Part shown: positions 60,883 through 64,000 of the stretch, in pieces
How positions within the stretch are numbered: position 1 is the stretch's first letter
Layout of the letters: each line of letters starts with the position of its first letter
Assembly (NCBI RefSeq): GCF_036365525.1
Contig: NW_027142279.1
Coordinates: 496,001-560,000 of the forward strand
Reading direction: 5' to 3'
DNA from: Heterodontus francisci
Taxonomy: Eukaryota
Length of the DNA stretch: 64,000 nucleotides
Translations under genes and position numbers: made by a program
Notes under the pieces: model-generated
Told to the model about the DNA's origin: nothing
What the model saw: only the letters and a program-made list of their open reading frames with translations
The model's database searches: none

Positions 60883-61967
60883 CTGGAAGAGAGAGAGAAA
60901 AGGAAGCAGAGAAATTACTGATCAGACCTGGAGACAAAGCAGCAGTTTGACAGGATCTGGGCTGAAATTTCCAGCTTTGTTGCTGCATCGAGCAGTGAAA
61001 ACTGATTCATTGAACTGGGCAGTGCTTTGTCAAAGTGAAATGTTTGAAAACACAATTATTAATAATGAATTGGGAAATTGATATAGAAAGTGAATAAAGT
61101 CAGCACTGGATATACTGGAAGTACTGCGTGAGGATGCAGTGTCAGTGGGGAAATGAGAAGGGGTTTTACAGAGATGGAATCCAATGTGTTAATTGAGAAT
61201 GTGTCTCCAGACTGTTGGTTAGGAAGGTTTGTGGAGAGCGGGATGGTTTGTTGCTCTGGGTTTAGGGACTGTTATCAAATGGGAAAAGGCTGAAAACTGC
61301 AGCGCTGAGTTTGAGTATCAGCCATGATCTAGAATGGTGGAGCAGGCCCGAAGGGCTGAATGGCCTCCTCCTACTCATATGTTACTGTATTCCTATCAGG
61401 TTGGACGAGGCAGCAGGAGGTGGAGCCAGTGAGGGTAATTGGGAGGGAGAGAAGGAAAAGGACATGTTGGAGCTGGAGGGGAGACTGGAGCAAATGGTTT
61501 GGGAATGTGGATAAACTGAAGCAATGGATGATGAGGAGACTGAAGATTCAATACAGTGAGAGGAGAGGCTGAGATTCACAGAGAGAGACTGCAGCAGAGT
61601 GTTAGAGGAAATCTAATATATAGATCCCAGCAATACAACTCAATTCATACATTCAAACAATAATCCCTGTGGTAATTGGTGTTGGAGCACAGTTTGTACA
61701 ATATCGTCAATATATTTAGTTTGTAGAGGCAATTAAATATAAATTTAAATATATTTCTGATATCAGCCTCGCTCTTTATTGAATTCAGTAGTCACAGAGA
61801 TTTTAAAGTGCAGTATTTAAATAAAAAATTTCCATCAGTGTAAAACTGATTCTATTCAGATCATGCAGTCACTAAGTAAGGAACAGGAACTTTCCACAAA
61901 ACAAAATGAGGCCCTGACAGAAATCAACACAGAGGAACAAGTCCAACAGGAAAATGAACACAATCTG

Positions 61968-62899
61968 GAAATGACCTGGAAGAGTGTGTAGAAGGGTGGG
62001 TTAGTAAATTTGCGGATGACACTAAGGTCGGTGGAGTTGTGGATAGTGCCGAAGGATGTTGTAGGGTACAGAGGGACATAGATAGGCTGCAGAGCTGGGC
62101 TGAGAGATGGCAAATGGAGTTTAATGCGGAAAAGTGCGAGGTGATTTACTTTGAAAGGAGTAACAGGAATGCAGAGTACTGGGCTAATGGGAAGATTCTT
62201 GGTAGTGTAGATGAACAGAGAGATCTTGGTGTCCAGGTGCATAAATCCCTGAAGGTTGCTACCCAGGTTAATAGGGCTGTTAAGAAGGCATATGCTGTGT
62301 TAGCTTTTATTAGTAGGGGGATCGAGTTTCGGAGGCACGAGGTCATGCTGCAGCTGTACAAAACTCTGGTGAGACCGCACCTGGAGTATTGCGTGCAGTT
62401 CTGGTCACCGCATTATAGGAAGGATGTGGAAGCTATGGAAAGGGTGCAGAGGAGATTTACTAGGATGTTGCCTGGTATGGAGGGAAGGTCTTACGAGGAA
62501 AGGCTGAGGGACTTGAGGTTGTTTTCGTTTGAGAGAAGGAGGAGGAGAGGTGACTTAATAGAGACATTTAAGATAATCAGAGGGTTGGATAGGGTGGATA
62601 GTGAGAGTCATTTTCCTCGGATGGTGATGGCAAACACGAGGGGACATAGCTTCAAGTTGAGGGGTGATAGATATAGGACAGATGTCAGAGGTAGTTTCTT
62701 TACTCAGAGAGTAGTAGGGGCGTGGAGCGCCCTGCCTGCAACAGTAGTAGACTCGCCCACTTTAAGGGCATTTAAGTGGTCATTGGATAGACATATGGAT
62801 GAAAATGGAATAGTGTAGGTCAGATGGTTTCACAGGTCTGCGCAACATCGAGGGCCGAAGGGCCTGTACTGCGCTGTAATGTTCTATGTTCTATGTTCT
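61968..62899 (+). mobile_element. 5'-truncated CR1 LINE with (GTTCTAT)n tail
   Basis: NDLEE..SKFADDTK, then the uninterrupted ORF 62039-62818, 3' UTR and tail at 62881-62900. Confidence 0.92.
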
Positions 62900-64000
62900 A
62901 TCAGTGTAGAACTGATTCTATTCTGTTTATTCAGTCACTAAGTAAGGAATAGGAACTTTCTACAAAACAAAATGAGGACCTGACAGAAATCATCACAGAT
63001 GATCAAGTCCAACAGGAAAATGAACACAATCTGACAGCAGACAACTTCAACTCACAGTTTCTCTCACTAATTGTTCTGGACATTCCAGCACCTTATGATA
63101 GCGAATTATTTACACTGCTGCTTCTTTCTCTTACTTCTGCTTATCTCTTTCCATCGGTTTCGTTCCCCCTGCTCCTTTTCTCCTTCCCTATCTCTCACAC
63201 CCTGTAAATTGTTACTTAATGATGCTTTTCACATAGGATTTATTTCTAACATTCTGCGTCTGTGTTCTGTTCACCAGCCCCAGGTTCAATTATTCTATTC
63301 TCAGAGTAAGTTTGTTCAACGGTGAAACCTCTGTGAATAATTTAATGCATCTACAGAACATTCAAGTCTCCACCTGTTCACCTGCACTCTTCACTTCATC
63401 TACAACATATGGAATAAACAGGATCGAAAGCTACTTCCAGACAAACCTCACAGTCATTGAAATTACTTCTCCTGGAATTATAAAGTAATCTGTTAGAATG
63501 TGGGATTGTTTAATTAATAAAACACCAACATCAGCGCTGCAGCTGATAATCTACAGAAAGACTCTTGATTCCAACTGATCGAATGAAAACCAATAAAACA
63601 TCATATCAATACTTTCTATTTTACAATGTAGTCCAGTGACAGTGAAGGGTCCACAGTGAAGCAGAGAAGGGGAAGTGAAAGTGTCAGCAGCAAACTCAGT
63701 TCAGTAGCCAGACTTCTGAAGCAGTGTCAGACACACACAGAGTGAAATAATGTTTGATAACAGTGATAATCAATAAATACATTGAAATCCCAGTTAAACT
63801 GAGCCATGTTATTGGGGAGGGAGGATATTGTTCTGTTCCCTTGTAACACTGAGACTGTGAGATGTCTCATTATCAATCACTAAAAAGATATCATAAAAAT
63901 ATTCCAGGACCGGTTAGATCCACATCATGAAAATGTTAAAAACTCCGAATGGTCTGATTATTAATCGTAACGGAGAACATGATTTGAATGCAGTCAATAC

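Noticed and set aside
63500-63620. Candidate first exon of the GPCR (..gatgttggtgtt..)
   Set aside because: No convincing donor or open frame giving the expected TM1 N-terminal half.
26000-64000. Search for D, J or C segments downstream of inverted V8
   Set aside because: No 12-RSS-flanked D, FGxG J motif or Ig C1 exon recognised; isolated CACTGTG heptamers (e.g. ~26602) lack nonamers. Short segments could be missed by eye.

Overview
This is vertebrate genomic DNA, almost certainly from a cartilaginous fish, judged by shark-type CR1/HER1-like LINEs, DeuSINE/SacSINE1-like SINEs and a GPR139-like GPCR. The first 26 kb hold a germline antigen-receptor V cluster, best read as T-cell receptor beta (TRBV). 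It contains eight V segments from four families, each with a split leader exon and a 23-bp-spacer RSS. Seven lie on the minus strand. One CAWS-type V is inverted and sits head-to-head with its paralog. One V has a mutated splice acceptor, and there is one orphan leader exon. Part of the cluster arose by a ~6.2-kb tandem duplication. No D, J or C segments were seen; the polarity suggests they lie left of the window. The rest is repeat-rich: a 5'-intact but 3'-truncated CR1 LINE with five ~160-bp 5' monomers, many CR1 fragments, SINEs, a ~9.7-kb polypurine satellite, minisatellites, and the main exon of a GPR139-like GPCR. The overall system is of a known kind. The most interesting unexplained signals are co-oriented bipartite CTCF-like sites among the Vs, the inverted CAWS-type V pair, CDR-focused divergence between recent duplicates, and a 134-bp imperfect duplication flanking a LINE. 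All coordinates were read by eye, and repeat family names come from recalled consensus features rather than a database search.
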